In this document: positions 1 through 10,694 of the stretch, in pieces
Position numbering within the stretch: the stretch's first letter is position 1
How the letters are laid out: every line of letters begins with the position of its first letter
IMG/VR virus record: IMGVR_UViG_3300031998_000058
Coordinates: 8,321-72,320 of that record
Reading direction: 5' to 3' (one strand)
DNA length: 64,000 nt
Source of the DNA: a virus
Lineage: Duplodnaviria > Caudoviricetes
Notes under the pieces: model-generated
Told to the model about the DNA's origin: nothing
The model's input: only the letters and a program-made list of their open reading frames with translations
The model's database searches: none
Position numbers and translations under genes: made by a program

Positions 1-1747
1 AGTTCTTTATCCCGAAAGGAGTATCACTTCGGATCGCCGTACCAGTCGTATGCCCTTCCTCGCCAACAAACACGGGTGCGATTTCATACAGATACTTTGT
101 ACCATCGGTTCGTGCCGTGTAGTCATAGAATCCGGTAGCACTCACAGGGAGAAGTGCCATTGGCTCTGAAATCTGATCGTTCTCTTCCGTTCTGTAAATA
201 GCCCATCCAGATAACTCTTTCCCAAAGTAATACAAAGAACCTGCATTCAGCCCTGCTTCAAAAGTGGCGTAGAACACCAGACCATCTACCGAAATAGGCT
301 TAGATGCTTTTTTATCGTACATGGCTTTCACGATAGCCGGAAGCAACTCTTCGTTCGTAATCATCACTTCCAGGAAATAACACAGTTGAGTTCCATATAC
401 TCTCACGGAAGTAATGTCACTGAATGTTACTCCAGTAAGCGTATCAGTTGTCTTGTCTGTGACATACATGGTGTCTTCTTGCGGATAAAGGTCATCAGCA
501 GGATACAATGTTTCTGACGGATATAAACCACCTGTCATATAGTCTATCCGCAGATAGAACGTCGGGTCTCCGTTTTCGGGAACCACAAGTATCGTTGATA
601 TGGTAGACTCCCACCATATCGGGCTATATGATTGCAGAACGGTGCTACCCTTCTTTAATTTCAACGTCCTTGTGGAGTGCGTATAAACAAGGCTCACTAC
701 ATCGGAACTATTGGAAGCACCAAGTTCCCAAAGAATCGCATCAGCCTTATTAAGTTTTCCCTTATACATGAGTGTCCACGGAGTATCAAAATCCATTGGG
801 CGTTCGCTCACGGTGTCCCATGTTACATAATCGTCCGTTGAATAAAGCCGCAGATTATCTTTCGCAGTGATTTTGTATTTACCGGTCGGAACTCCTGGAA
901 TCGTAAATGCACCTTTCCATTCGACACGTATTGCCGACTTTGTTTGAGATGGCGTTACAGCAATCGGAAAGTCCATGGTTATCTGTTCGTAATCTGCTAT
1001 GAAACTATGCAGGTCGGATGTGTACGGTCTTCCGTACCGGTCTCTCGCTGTACACTGTAAGACATATGACACACCATTAATAAAGCCTGAATAATACAGA
1101 GACAAATCCCCAGACCCATATATTTTGCCAGTGTCATAAATCGTGTCTCCGACTATGGGGTTCTGTATATCTCCATCATTGATTGACAGAACCCACCGGA
1201 ACCACTGCAAGTTGGTATCTGTGAACGAAAGAAAGTCGAAAGTTTTTTCTCGTGCTGTGATTGTATAGCATTGCGGGTCTGTGGGATCATAACCACTTTT
1301 TCGCACAAAAGTAGCAGGGTATGCTGTTTGAAAAGAAACCGGTCCGGTTTTAATTCCATGCCTTTCTACATCATAAAGGCTTAGTCTTTCCTCATACCAC
1401 TGTGTAATCACAAGGCTATATTGACGGCCGTTTCCATAACCCTTTCCATCCGATACCGGTGGCAATTCACTATTCGGAATCGTATGTGAGTACCGCTGTA
1501 TTTCTCCAAGGCTGTCTCTTCCGTAGAACGGACACCCTTCTTCAATCCAGGGAGATTCATATATGAGCCGACTTTCAAAATCATCAGCTTCCATCGTCAT
1601 GTCATATATTCTGAGTATGCAATCTTCCATTGGGGAAGGCCCATTAACTTGCCAAGATATTGTGAGGTCTTCCCTTGCATCAACCGTTCCATCCTCAGTG
1701 CTATTCATTAGACTTGGTATGATATTTGTCGCCTTATATAAAGCCAT
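1..1747 (-). CDS. Tail/baseplate protein, partial (runs off the left edge; absent from the ORF track)
   Basis: ATG at 1747 after an AAAGGAG RBS, directly downstream of the tape measure gene. I read an open frame of about 582 codons (MALYKATNIIPSL...) to the window edge, containing an LYPxxxLYPxxxLYP motif seen in tail proteins. Confidence 0.65.
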   Translation of the reverse strand, partial: MALYKATNIIPSLMNSTEDGTVDAREDLTISWQVNGPSPMEDCILRIYDMTMEADDFESRLIYESPWIEEGCPFYGRDSLGEIQRYSHTIPNSELPPVSDGKGYGNGRQYSLVITQWYEERLSLYDVERHGIKTGPVSFQTAYPATFVRKSGYDPTDPQCYTITAREKTFDFLSFTDTNLQWFRWVLSINDGDIQNPIVGDTIYDTGKIYGSGDLSLYYSGFINGVSYVLQCTARDRYGRPYTSDLHSFIADYEQITMDFPIAVTPSQTKSAIRVEWKGAFTIPGVPTGKYKITAKDNLRLYSTDDYVTWDTVSERPMDFDTPWTLMYKGKLNKADAILWELGASNSSDVVSLVYTHSTRTLKLKKGSTVLQSYSPIWWESTISTILVVPENGDPTFYLRIDYMTGGLYPSETLYPADDLYPQEDTMYVTDKTTDTLTGVTFSDITSVRVYGTQLCYFLEVMITNEELLPAIVKAMYDKKASKPISVDGLVFYATFEAGLNAGSLYYFGKELSGWAIYRTEENDQISEPMALLPVSATGFYDYTARTDGTKYLYEIAPVFVGEEGHTTGTAIRSDTPFGIKN

Positions 1748-1779
1748 ATTTTACAGTGCTCCTTTCATGGCAGAATGAT

Positions 1780-4700
1780 TCATCTGGCAGTTGCCACGTA
1801 ACTCTTTAATTCTCTAGACATCTTCGCAAGCTCGTATACTGTTGTGCGCTGGGCTTCAGCTTCTGACAATGAAACATCTCCGAATTTGTACACGTCTCCG
1901 TTTATCTGCTCACCCACGCTTGTTGTTGCCTTTTTCTTCATATCTTGAGTCGCGCCTGCTCCATATAGCATGTTCAACTCATTTACACGGTCTTTGAAGA
2001 TGCTGTCTGCCTTCGGGTTTAACATGGCTTTTGTCAGTTCAGGCGGAAGTACCATCTCGTCTTCTTTGGTAGCCTTGATTCCACCAAGTCCTTTTAAAAT
2101 ACCTCCCGAATCGTACTCAGGAACATCAAGCCACAAATTCGGAGTCGATATCGAATATCCAGTACCTTGCAGGATTTTACTGAGTGCCTGGATGGTGGAA
2201 TACATAGCTTCCGTCGCATTTTCCCCCAATGCTTTAAGAGCATGTCCTAACGACTCTGCCGGTTCTGTCAGTTCATCAATGACTTTCTGCCATGGTTCAA
2301 TCAGCTTGTCATACTTTTCATTGATTGCGGCTTCTGCAGCCTCATATTCTTTTTCCTCGTAGTATTCATCAATGTCATCCTGCGCTGATTGGACTTCTTT
2401 CTCAGCCGCTTCTACATCCTGTGCGTTCGCGACCCACTCCCACTGTCCTTTAGCAGCATTCCAGACACGGACATTCCGTTCTGCTCTGGCGTTTGCAAGC
2501 CTTTCCTTTGCTTCCGCCAATGCAAGCTCTTTTGCTTCCAGCTCATTCTGCTCTTTCTTAGCGTCACGGGCTGCTTTCAGTTTTTCCAGTTCGGCATCAC
2601 GTTTTTCATTGATCTTGTCGATCTTTCGTTCTGCTGCGGCTATTACCCTGTCGTATAACTCCTGCTCTTCGTCTTTGATGTCCTGTTCTATCTGATACAG
2701 TTCCGCGCGAACTTTGTTGATTTCTTCAGCAGGAGCCTTTGCCGCTTTCATGGCTGCAATCTGTGCTTTGAGGGCAGCCTGGATCTCACGCTGTTTGGCG
2801 ATTTGCTTTCTGAGTGGGGCATCTTTTGCCTCCAACACATCAAGCTGGGATTTCAGAAGCGATACCTCACCTTCTGCTTCTTCGACCGCCATGTCTTTGA
2901 TATCCTGTTCTAGCTCAAGCTTTTCTTTGAGAAGACGGTTGATCTCTTCTTCATGGCCGCCCATCGTTTCCAGCAGCGCAATCTGCTCTTCAAGGTTATC
3001 GACGATTTCCTGTTCTTTCGCCTGGCGTTCAGATAATGGACGATCCTGTGCTTCCATCAGCTCCAGTTCTGATTTCAGAAGAGACTGTTTTTCCTCAAGT
3101 TCTTTCTTGGCAAGCTCATCTGCTTCTTTCAGCATTGCAAAATACTCTGCATAGAGCTTGTTAATCTCTGCCTGGTCTCCGCCTGTCTGCTCAAGATAAT
3201 GAGCCTGCTCTAAGATGGCAGCCGCTACTTGCTCAGTCAGTTCCTTCTGACGTGCATACCCTTCGTTGATGTCCCCGCAGTATTCGTAGATTGCCTTTGA
3301 GTATTCCAGCCATGATTTCGCAAGTTCGACACCGGATTTAAGCGCTTCCAACGTTTCATCAGTTGTGGTTGTAGTTGTTCCAGTCTGACGAAAGCCTTGT
3401 GAGCTGTCCGATGATTTAGATTTATCATTGCTGTCTGATGCAGGAGGAGTGTATCTTTGAGATGTTCCCTGATCATAAGCCGGGACTCCGCTGCGCTGAA
3501 GTATATCCTTCGTTTGCTCTGCATTAAAGACTTTTGCATCTTTCTGAAGCACGGTAATGACAGGCTTGCCACCACCGGCAATCCTTGCCTGTCCATCTTC
3601 GACGATCAGTTCAGGACCATTACCATCATTTACAAGCGCCATGCCGCCGCTTGATCCTTCCGTCCCCTCTGCATCCGCTTCTATTCCTTTGAAGGGCGTT
3701 TGCTGAACGTCAATTCTTATTTTATGTGTAGTGCTTGTAAGAGCTGAAAGAACGCTTACGATTTGCGACAGTTTCTGCTGTGCCGGTGTGATGTTCGCAT
3801 CAACGGTTACTTCCGGGGCTAGTTCATCAACATCATCTGCTTCCTCCGTAACCTCTTCCATGCCATCAGTAGCATTTTCAGTGTTGCTATCAACAGTTAC
3901 TGTAGCATCTGCTGATCCATCACGGATGCTCTTAAGCCGCGCTTCCAGCCCTGCAAGGATTGTTTCTGCGTTTTCTAATTGTTCTGCTTTTACATCTACA
4001 CTGATGTTCTCATTATTATTGAGTTCATCCATGTATTGTTTGATATAGCCTATTTGTTCGGTGAGCTTAACGACATCGGTTGTATCAAAGTTGATTTTAC
4101 CCATGCGCTCCAGCAATTCGCAGACCACATGCATGTGGTCTCCAACAGATATCGCAGTATTGTCGGCCTCCTCAAGCGTTGCGTCTACATCAGCTATTAG
4201 GCCCTTATCATCAAGCTTAAAAATCTCTTCAACGGTCCACTCCCCATCTTTGAGCGCTGCATCCAATATTCCGTGAAGATATGAAGCAACCGCTTCCGAC
4301 GTTAGCTCTTCAGGCTGTCCTGTTCCTGTTTGTAACATTGGCGAATAAGCGATTGTGATCACTTGGTCGCCTATTCCAAACCCCATGCTTCCGCCTTTTA
4401 CGGTCGAATGAGAACCGTCTTCATTGATCTGCACTTCTCTGTCGCTTAGATCAATATTTCCGAACTTAACAAATTCTTCATAGGCTTTCTGTGCAGTGTT
4501 AATCAGGCGTTGTGTCTTCTTATCTGTTTTTTCTATGGCGGAATCAACACCGGACAGATCGAAATCCGTGTTTGTGTCTTCTGAAGCCTCTGATACCTCT
4601 GCTACATCATCATATAATTCCCGGACATGTTCTTTTGCGGTTTCGACATCACCATAATCCACAGTGAACTTTAGTTTGTCAGATTCGTTGATCTTATCGA

Positions 4701-7700
4701 CGTATTCCAGCGCCTCATCCAGCTCCACCCCGGCTTCTTGGAGTGCAGTGATAAATGGCTCGAGCGCAATGGCGTCATCTGCACCTAACGCACCAGCTTC
4801 TTTAGCAAACTTCTTGATCTCGGTCTCGGACATATTGAGACCTTCGTTCCATGCAGACAACGCATCACGGATTATTTCTATTCCTTCAGCCGACCAACCA
4901 AGTGCCTCTGCCAGCAGCTCGTAGTCTTCAATCAGCCAGTCAATCTGCCCGGTTTCTTCGTCAAGATGTATAGACGCTGCGATTTCATCACCCTTTTTGA
5001 TGATGCGGTTCCCGAGGTCGTCCATCTCGCTTGTCCAACCGTTAAAGAACTCTTCTCCAGATGCGCCCCATAAAGCCTCCAGGAACTTAGCGCCCATGTC
5101 CTCTCCGCCGGTAGCCTGCCACACACCATCTTCATCAAGATAGCCAGCAAACTCTTTCATGAATGAGGACGCAATCAGGTCAGCTTTGCTCTTTCCATTC
5201 TTCTTGGCTTCGGCAATAGCTTCCGGGCTGAACAACAGATCTGCGAGAGCACTAATATAGGTAGAGTCTTTCAGACCCTTCTCAATATCTTTCAGGGCAT
5301 TCTCGACAGCCTTGTTGAGTTCTTTATAATCGTCGCCCTTCATCTCTTTGATGGCTTCCTGATACTCTTCGAGGGCTGTCTTTGCATCTTCGGCGGCGTC
5401 GGTCACTTCGTTTAATGACTCAGCGAGCGGGCTGTCTGCAACTCCTTCTGCCGCATCAGCCGTTCCGTTCATAACGTCATTCAATGTTTCCTGGGCGGCT
5501 ATAAGCGGGTCTAATGTTTCCGCCCATTCATCTATCACTTTAACTGCGTCATCGTATTTTTTCTTTGCTTCCGGCGCAGACTTAGCCAGATTCGTAAAGA
5601 AATCTATCTTCCCTGCCGCTTTCTTATCTAATGCGTCTCTATATTCGATAGCGCGTTTATACGCATCTATCAGTGCATCTATCTCTTCGTCGGTGTCAAA
5701 TCGCTCAGACAAAGTTTTTTGCCATCCGGATGCCGCCATCCTGGACGCGGGATTACCCCATACTTTAGCAAGGTCCCAAGCATAATCCGGCATGCCCTGA
5801 GTTTTTTCCTGTAACGCCTGTTTTGCTTTCAGCACTGCTTGTTCAGCACTTGTCTGCATATCCTCACGTTTTTTCGCGATGAGGTCTTCGTATGCGCCGG
5901 TCAAATCGACAACCGCACCTTTTTCAATCCCCATTGCATCTTTAAGGGCCGCAGATGCAGAGTTCAGTTCTTGGCTTGTTGCCAAGCCTTTCTCGTGTAA
6001 TGCTTCGGTTTCCTGATATGCTTCATATAGTTCTTCAAGCGTGGCAATTTCGCTCTGCGCTGATTCGGCGCTTTCTCGAAATGCTTTAGACTCTTCTATC
6101 AAGCCATCAACGACTTCTTGCTGTTCTTGTGTGAATTTGTTATACAACATTATCGTTGTGGTAAATGCTGCCGTAACAGCCGTTATACCCAACGCAACCA
6201 TATTGAAGGTATTCGCTTGAATTGTTGCTTTACGATATTCCTCTTTAGTCAGTTCCAGGTTGTTCTTTAACCCGGCATACGATCCTTTAAGCGTTTCTAA
6301 CTGAGCTGAAAGTTTTTGATACTCTGCGCTGTTTTGCTGGCCGTTCTGTGCCAAGAGCTGCATCTGTTGCGTAACAGACGAAACTTCTCGTGTATACTGA
6401 TAAATAGCATTTTTTGCAGCAGAAAAGTCTTGGGCCATCTCTTTCGCAACGTTACCCAGTGAAATTGCCTTCTTGAACGCTTTAATAGATGCTAAGACTC
6501 CGCCTGTAGTAGCAAGCATGTTTCCAAGGTTCCCATATAAGTCAAGCACCTTAGTAAGCCCTTCGATAACGCCTTTAAAGAAATCGCTCTTTAATGTCTT
6601 TGCGACAAACTCTGTCCATGTATTGCTAAGGATTTTGGTTTTTGCTTCCCATGAATCAAGCATTGTGGAAACTTCTGCATCTGCAGTTCCGGCAGCTGTC
6701 CCCATGCCTTCAAGCATCTCTTTATAAGTGCCCCACTGTTTCAGCAAGGCGTCTAACTGGTTTACACGTAGCTTTCCGCCCAGAGCCATTTCAATCTGTG
6801 CCAGCCCAGACTTTGTAAGATCATGCTTTTCATACGCAGTGGCCAAGGCATCTAAAGCCTTCATGGGATTGATCAGATCACCGGTGGCTTCAGCCGCTTT
6901 TACGACATCAGGAGCATACTTATTCAAGGCATCACGGAGACCGTTGATTTGATCCTTAGTAACCGTAACACCCTCTTCTACTTCCTCAGTTGTATCTCCC
7001 AGAATGTTCAGGATCAGAGCACGAGATGCCGTAGCCGCCCTGGAAGCAGTCTCCTGCGTGGTAGCGGTAATTGTTCCGAGCATCGCCATAGTTTCTTCAG
7101 CAGTCATTCCGGCCATGCTTGCAACGGAAGCAACCCTCGGAAAACCTTCTGCAAGTTTATCAAGGGTTGTAGCGTAATTGTTGTTGATATAGTCAGCCTG
7201 GTCTACCAGCATAGACAGCTGCTCTATATTCCCTCCAAAGCCAAAAGCCTTATCTCCGGCAATCAGGAACTTATCAGCTACTTCCTGAGTGGTATCACCA
7301 ACGAGCATAGTCTTAGTGGACAGCTCGGCCATTTCATCAGCGGTATCCGCAAATCCGGCTTTCGTATATTCATATACTGCCGCCATGTATTCGCTGGCCA
7401 GAATCCCGTATCTGCTGGCTGTTTCATATGCAGTGTCTTCCAGCCACTTTACGTCTTCTTTGCTTTGCCCTGTGACTTTTCGAATGTTGGTCAACTCTGT
7501 GTCAACCTTTTGCATTTCCTGAACAGCGTTTGCAAAGGCAGAAGCCACACCATTAATAGCCCCCTGGATCGCGGACCACTTTATTTTTGAAGTGATGGCT
7601 GTACCAAGATCAGATACGCTTCTTGTTGTGTCCTTAGTGATACTGTTCATCTTGCCCATGGTGTTCGCTGTGTTGTCGAGCTGCTGAGCGTTGACACCTA

Positions 7701-8046
7701 TGTTGACAGTCCTTGGTTTTTCAAGTTCCTTAATGCGTGCTTCGAATGGCTCAAGTTTTGACGTATCTGCCTGGACATTGACTTTGGCCGTATGATCCTT
7801 TTGAACGGCCTTTAGGCGCCCCTCAAGAGTTTTCAGTTTTCCCTCGTTAGTGTTGACTTTGACGTTAACGCCATGTGCTTTTTCAAGCGCTTTAATCCGA
7901 GTCTCTAATGTACGTAAAGACTCGGTTTTTGCCTCAACCTTAACAGTGACAATATGCTGCTTCCCTGTCAGGGTCTTCAGCTTGTTTTCTAAGGTCTTTA
8001 AACTTGAATCATTTACTTGAACTCTAAGGGTAAGTGTGGCTGCCAT
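1780..8046 (-). CDS. Tape measure protein (TP901-like core)
   Basis: 2088 aa, Ala/Glu/Lys-rich and helical. Core segment VDTELTNIRKVTG...ETASRYG...NNYATT is typical of tape measure proteins; position at the end of the tail operon fits. Confidence 0.9.
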   Translation of the reverse strand: MAATLTLRVQVNDSSLKTLENKLKTLTGKQHIVTVKVEAKTESLRTLETRIKALEKAHGVNVKVNTNEGKLKTLEGRLKAVQKDHTAKVNVQADTSKLEPFEARIKELEKPRTVNIGVNAQQLDNTANTMGKMNSITKDTTRSVSDLGTAITSKIKWSAIQGAINGVASAFANAVQEMQKVDTELTNIRKVTGQSKEDVKWLEDTAYETASRYGILASEYMAAVYEYTKAGFADTADEMAELSTKTMLVGDTTQEVADKFLIAGDKAFGFGGNIEQLSMLVDQADYINNNYATTLDKLAEGFPRVASVASMAGMTAEETMAMLGTITATTQETASRAATASRALILNILGDTTEEVEEGVTVTKDQINGLRDALNKYAPDVVKAAEATGDLINPMKALDALATAYEKHDLTKSGLAQIEMALGGKLRVNQLDALLKQWGTYKEMLEGMGTAAGTADAEVSTMLDSWEAKTKILSNTWTEFVAKTLKSDFFKGVIEGLTKVLDLYGNLGNMLATTGGVLASIKAFKKAISLGNVAKEMAQDFSAAKNAIYQYTREVSSVTQQMQLLAQNGQQNSAEYQKLSAQLETLKGSYAGLKNNLELTKEEYRKATIQANTFNMVALGITAVTAAFTTTIMLYNKFTQEQQEVVDGLIEESKAFRESAESAQSEIATLEELYEAYQETEALHEKGLATSQELNSASAALKDAMGIEKGAVVDLTGAYEDLIAKKREDMQTSAEQAVLKAKQALQEKTQGMPDYAWDLAKVWGNPASRMAASGWQKTLSERFDTDEEIDALIDAYKRAIEYRDALDKKAAGKIDFFTNLAKSAPEAKKKYDDAVKVIDEWAETLDPLIAAQETLNDVMNGTADAAEGVADSPLAESLNEVTDAAEDAKTALEEYQEAIKEMKGDDYKELNKAVENALKDIEKGLKDSTYISALADLLFSPEAIAEAKKNGKSKADLIASSFMKEFAGYLDEDGVWQATGGEDMGAKFLEALWGASGEEFFNGWTSEMDDLGNRIIKKGDEIAASIHLDEETGQIDWLIEDYELLAEALGWSAEGIEIIRDALSAWNEGLNMSETEIKKFAKEAGALGADDAIALEPFITALQEAGVELDEALEYVDKINESDKLKFTVDYGDVETAKEHVRELYDDVAEVSEASEDTNTDFDLSGVDSAIEKTDKKTQRLINTAQKAYEEFVKFGNIDLSDREVQINEDGSHSTVKGGSMGFGIGDQVITIAYSPMLQTGTGQPEELTSEAVASYLHGILDAALKDGEWTVEEIFKLDDKGLIADVDATLEEADNTAISVGDHMHVVCELLERMGKINFDTTDVVKLTEQIGYIKQYMDELNNNENISVDVKAEQLENAETILAGLEARLKSIRDGSADATVTVDSNTENATDGMEEVTEEADDVDELAPEVTVDANITPAQQKLSQIVSVLSALTSTTHKIRIDVQQTPFKGIEADAEGTEGSSGGMALVNDGNGPELIVEDGQARIAGGGKPVITVLQKDAKVFNAEQTKDILQRSGVPAYDQGTSQRYTPPASDSNDKSKSSDSSQGFRQTGTTTTTTDETLEALKSGVELAKSWLEYSKAIYEYCGDINEGYARQKELTEQVAAAILEQAHYLEQTGGDQAEINKLYAEYFAMLKEADELAKKELEEKQSLLKSELELMEAQDRPLSERQAKEQEIVDNLEEQIALLETMGGHEEEINRLLKEKLELEQDIKDMAVEEAEGEVSLLKSQLDVLEAKDAPLRKQIAKQREIQAALKAQIAAMKAAKAPAEEINKVRAELYQIEQDIKDEEQELYDRVIAAAERKIDKINEKRDAELEKLKAARDAKKEQNELEAKELALAEAKERLANARAERNVRVWNAAKGQWEWVANAQDVEAAEKEVQSAQDDIDEYYEEKEYEAAEAAINEKYDKLIEPWQKVIDELTEPAESLGHALKALGENATEAMYSTIQALSKILQGTGYSISTPNLWLDVPEYDSGGILKGLGGIKATKEDEMVLPPELTKAMLNPKADSIFKDRVNELNMLYGAGATQDMKKKATTSVGEQINGDVYKFGDVSLSEAEAQRTTVYELAKMSRELKSYVATAR

Positions 8047-8063
8047 TGATTATCTCCTGCTTT

Positions 8064-8507
8064 TCAAAAGCCCCTAAGAACTAATTGATGTTTAAGTTCG
8101 TTTGCGAACCTTTCCTCGTACTTTTCTTCTGCGTCTTCCATGAATGGACGAGCCCCCGCGCCGTGCATCTCCTCACCGATTTCAACAGCCTCTCCCAAAG
8201 GTATTCCGGTTTTCTGTGCATCTTCACTTGTTTGCCATGGGGCAGTCGCTTCAATTATCAATGTCATTTCAAGAGAATCCCCAATGTAAGTGGTGGTTAA
8301 TTTAGGAGTTAGGTTGGCTCGATCCTGCAAGCCGCCTTGTTTTTTTCGTCTATAAGGATCAAGTTCTTCCCGTTTATACGAATAGACGTTTTCGTCCATG
8401 ACTTCCTGAATGGTTTCCTGTACGCTCCGTTCAATTTCATGCGTCATGGCTCCTTCAATCGCATGTATCAAAGTGCCTTGGTATTCCGCAACTGATGAAA
8501 AGTCCAT
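8064..8507 (-). CDS. Hypothetical tail-completion-like protein (HK97 gp10-like C-terminus)
   Basis: Probable start MDFSS at 8507 with GAGGTG RBS; ends ...GARPFMEDAE..., resembling the gp10-like RPF motif. Confidence 0.4.
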   Translation of the reverse strand: MDFSSVAEYQGTLIHAIEGAMTHEIERSVQETIQEVMDENVYSYKREELDPYRRKKQGGLQDRANLTPKLTTTYIGDSLEMTLIIEATAPWQTSEDAQKTGIPLGEAVEIGEEMHGAGARPFMEDAEEKYEERFANELKHQLVLRGF

Positions 8508-8526
8508 GTGATCACCTCTTCTTTCA

Positions 8527-8593
8527 CATATGCGATAACACAACGCTTTGTGTTATCGCATATGCCTCTGTCCCCGCGAAAAGGGACAGAGGC
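8527..8593. other. Back-to-back perfect hairpins (16-bp stem/6-nt loop and 11-bp stem/8-nt loop)
   Basis: catatgcgataacaca-acgctt-tgtgttatcgcatatg followed by gcctctgtccc-cgcgaaaa-gggacagaggc, immediately after the major tail gene; no U-tract. Confidence 0.7.
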
Positions 8594-8622
8594 TACAGGG
8601 GGAGATGTATGGATAACTGCTG

Positions 8623-9747
8623 TTATGAAGCAGCTTCCACGCTGATATTTACCGGACAGGTGAATTCATTGCCGGCACTGTCGGTATACTTGACAGTGAC
8701 TTCTGTATCACCTTCCGCTATGCCTTCTACTAACCCGGAAGTGCTTACGCTTGCATAGGTGTTTCCGCCACTCGCAAGCGTGTAAGTGAAGCCCTGGGAA
8801 TAGCTGGAGGGTTTCGCTGTTGATCCGTCACCGTAAACGAACACGGTCGGAATACGTGCTTCCTCACCAACCACTACAGAAACCTCTCCGCCCATTACAG
8901 CAAGTCCCTGAAGCGCCTGTGCGTCATCATCGGGAGCATATACGTAGTAAGCAAGTGTAGAGGTATCGCAGTCTGAGCAGACAGAAGATACGACAGACGC
9001 ATCATAGGCAAGAGCCTGACCGGAAACCTTAGTGGTATCGTTCTGGCCCTGGTCGCCGGTGATTCCACCATCAGCCTGCAGTTTGAGGAACGGGATAGTC
9101 AGATAGATCCAGCCTACTCTGGTGCCCTGAGTAGATCCACCGGAAAGGTTGCTGTAAACAGCAATCTGCGCTTCGAAACGAACCACTTTCGGGTCGATCA
9201 GAGACTGGATGGTAGCAATCTGCGCAGAGGTGTTCTGTACATCGTACCATACCTTATATGTCTTTCCTGAAACAGCTGTAAAACCACTGATATCACCTTC
9301 CTCGCTGATCTGATAAGCAACACCATCGGTGAGCATAAGGCTCTTCGCACCGACTTCCTGGACGTAGCAGATGGCCTCGCTGTTTCCCAGTTTCGCAACC
9401 GGAACGCCTTCTGATACGTTGATACTGAGTGATTCTCCGGAAGCAGTAACAATCTGGCATCTCGGGACCGGAGCTGAATAGCTGAAGCGTGCTCCCATCT
9501 GGGCAGCCTTCGCCCACAGGGAGAAGTCAGCCGCTTCGAAGCCAACCGCGATGCTTGAGTCTGAGGGGATCATGGCAGCAATGGGGTTGCCTAATCCAGC
9601 CCTGATCTCGTTTAAGTTGGTGCTGGGTGTGATTGATCCCACGCTTGTCTTATTAGTTTGGTAATAGATATCCCCTGTTTTTACGTCTGAAAGAATGACG
9701 TTACAAGTACCCTTTGCATAGAGTCTCTCATCATTAAATGTAATCAT
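8623..9747 (-). CDS. Major tail (tube) protein with C-terminal Ig-like (Big_2-type) domain
   Basis: 374 aa in the tail operon. C-terminus ...YASVSTSGLVEGIAEGDTEVTVKY... is a Big_2-like pattern. Confidence 0.65.
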   Translation of the reverse strand: MITFNDERLYAKGTCNVILSDVKTGDIYYQTNKTSVGSITPSTNLNEIRAGLGNPIAAMIPSDSSIAVGFEAADFSLWAKAAQMGARFSYSAPVPRCQIVTASGESLSINVSEGVPVAKLGNSEAICYVQEVGAKSLMLTDGVAYQISEEGDISGFTAVSGKTYKVWYDVQNTSAQIATIQSLIDPKVVRFEAQIAVYSNLSGGSTQGTRVGWIYLTIPFLKLQADGGITGDQGQNDTTKVSGQALAYDASVVSSVCSDCDTSTLAYYVYAPDDDAQALQGLAVMGGEVSVVVGEEARIPTVFVYGDGSTAKPSSYSQGFTYTLASGGNTYASVSTSGLVEGIAEGDTEVTVKYTDSAGNEFTCPVNISVEAAS

Positions 9748-9799
9748 GTATCTATTCTCCTTAATATGATCAGATAATCTTCGGTTACGTCTTGAGGAC

Positions 9800-10633
9800 T
9801 TATATCGCCCCGGCGTCTTTCATCGCCTGCATTCCTGCTCCGTTTGCAAATTTATTCAGGTCCACCAAGGCATCTGAGCTGTCCTTAATCCTCTGGAAGA
9901 ATGGATGTGGTGTCGGATTTCCGCCTTTCCACTTTGCGCCTGATCCTTCTGCGATAGCGCATACCTGATAATCAATGATCCGTTTGTGCATCTTCAGAAG
10001 TCTCGTCAACCGCAGTACCGGCCATTGGTAAATCTCTTTTTCAGAGACACCGCTCAGCACTACGGCAGCATCGACCATATCAGTCTTTTTGGCGTCAAGC
10101 TTTACTGCTCCTTTTTCCGCCAGGTCCTTCTCCGCTTGTACGAGTTCCGGGTTATCGAGCTCGTCCCGGATCTCGATTCCGTTCTGAGCTGCAATAATCG
10201 GCCTCATCTTCGCAAACTGCGAAGGCGTTATTGTCCTCGTTTCGCCCTGTGCATCTGTAAACATCAGGGCCTTCAGGTTCGTCGGGTCGTCCACTGAAAC
10301 TACTTGTTGAAATTGCTCGCATTGTGTTCGTACATCGTCCTGGTCTTTAGCAAGCCGCAGAGCTAAGACCAAAGCAATGACTACGCTTGTGAGCAACCCC
10401 GTTGCGTTTTTTCCCGCGACAACCCTTTCACGATCCATCTTGAAGAATGCAGATAGCAGTGGGACTGACATTAAATCTATCGGCAGTGATTGCTGCATAT
10501 AGCCGATTCCCGCACTCGCTATCAGATACTCTTCATAGAACTCCACCGTAAATGGGTAGAGTGTGAAGCCTGCTATTTCGATTGGTTCATACATTTCAAC
10601 AAGCTTCTTGTATTTAGCAGGAAGTTCTTTCAC
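9800..10633 (-). CDS. Hypothetical tail-module protein (possible tail assembly chaperone or tail component)
   Basis: 277-aa ORF between structural genes; assigned by position only. Confidence 0.4.
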   Translation of the reverse strand: MKELPAKYKKLVEMYEPIEIAGFTLYPFTVEFYEEYLIASAGIGYMQQSLPIDLMSVPLLSAFFKMDRERVVAGKNATGLLTSVVIALVLALRLAKDQDDVRTQCEQFQQVVSVDDPTNLKALMFTDAQGETRTITPSQFAKMRPIIAAQNGIEIRDELDNPELVQAEKDLAEKGAVKLDAKKTDMVDAAVVLSGVSEKEIYQWPVLRLTRLLKMHKRIIDYQVCAIAEGSGAKWKGGNPTPHPFFQRIKDSSDALVDLNKFANGAGMQAMKDAGAI

Positions 10634-10694
10634 CTGATTGTCTCCTTCCGATGCTGCGTGTAATAAACGAAACTGCTATCTTCCGTATATGTGC

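Noticed and set aside
1970-7590. Plus-strand ORFs overlapping the tape measure gene, and similar antisense ORFs throughout
   Set aside because: Ser/Phe/Leu-rich mirror translations of genuine minus-strand genes, without RBSs or recognisable motifs.
9800-10633. Programmed G/GT tail-chaperone frameshift
   Set aside because: I found no clear slippery heptamer with an overlapping downstream frame, and the gene is not adjacent to the tape measure gene.
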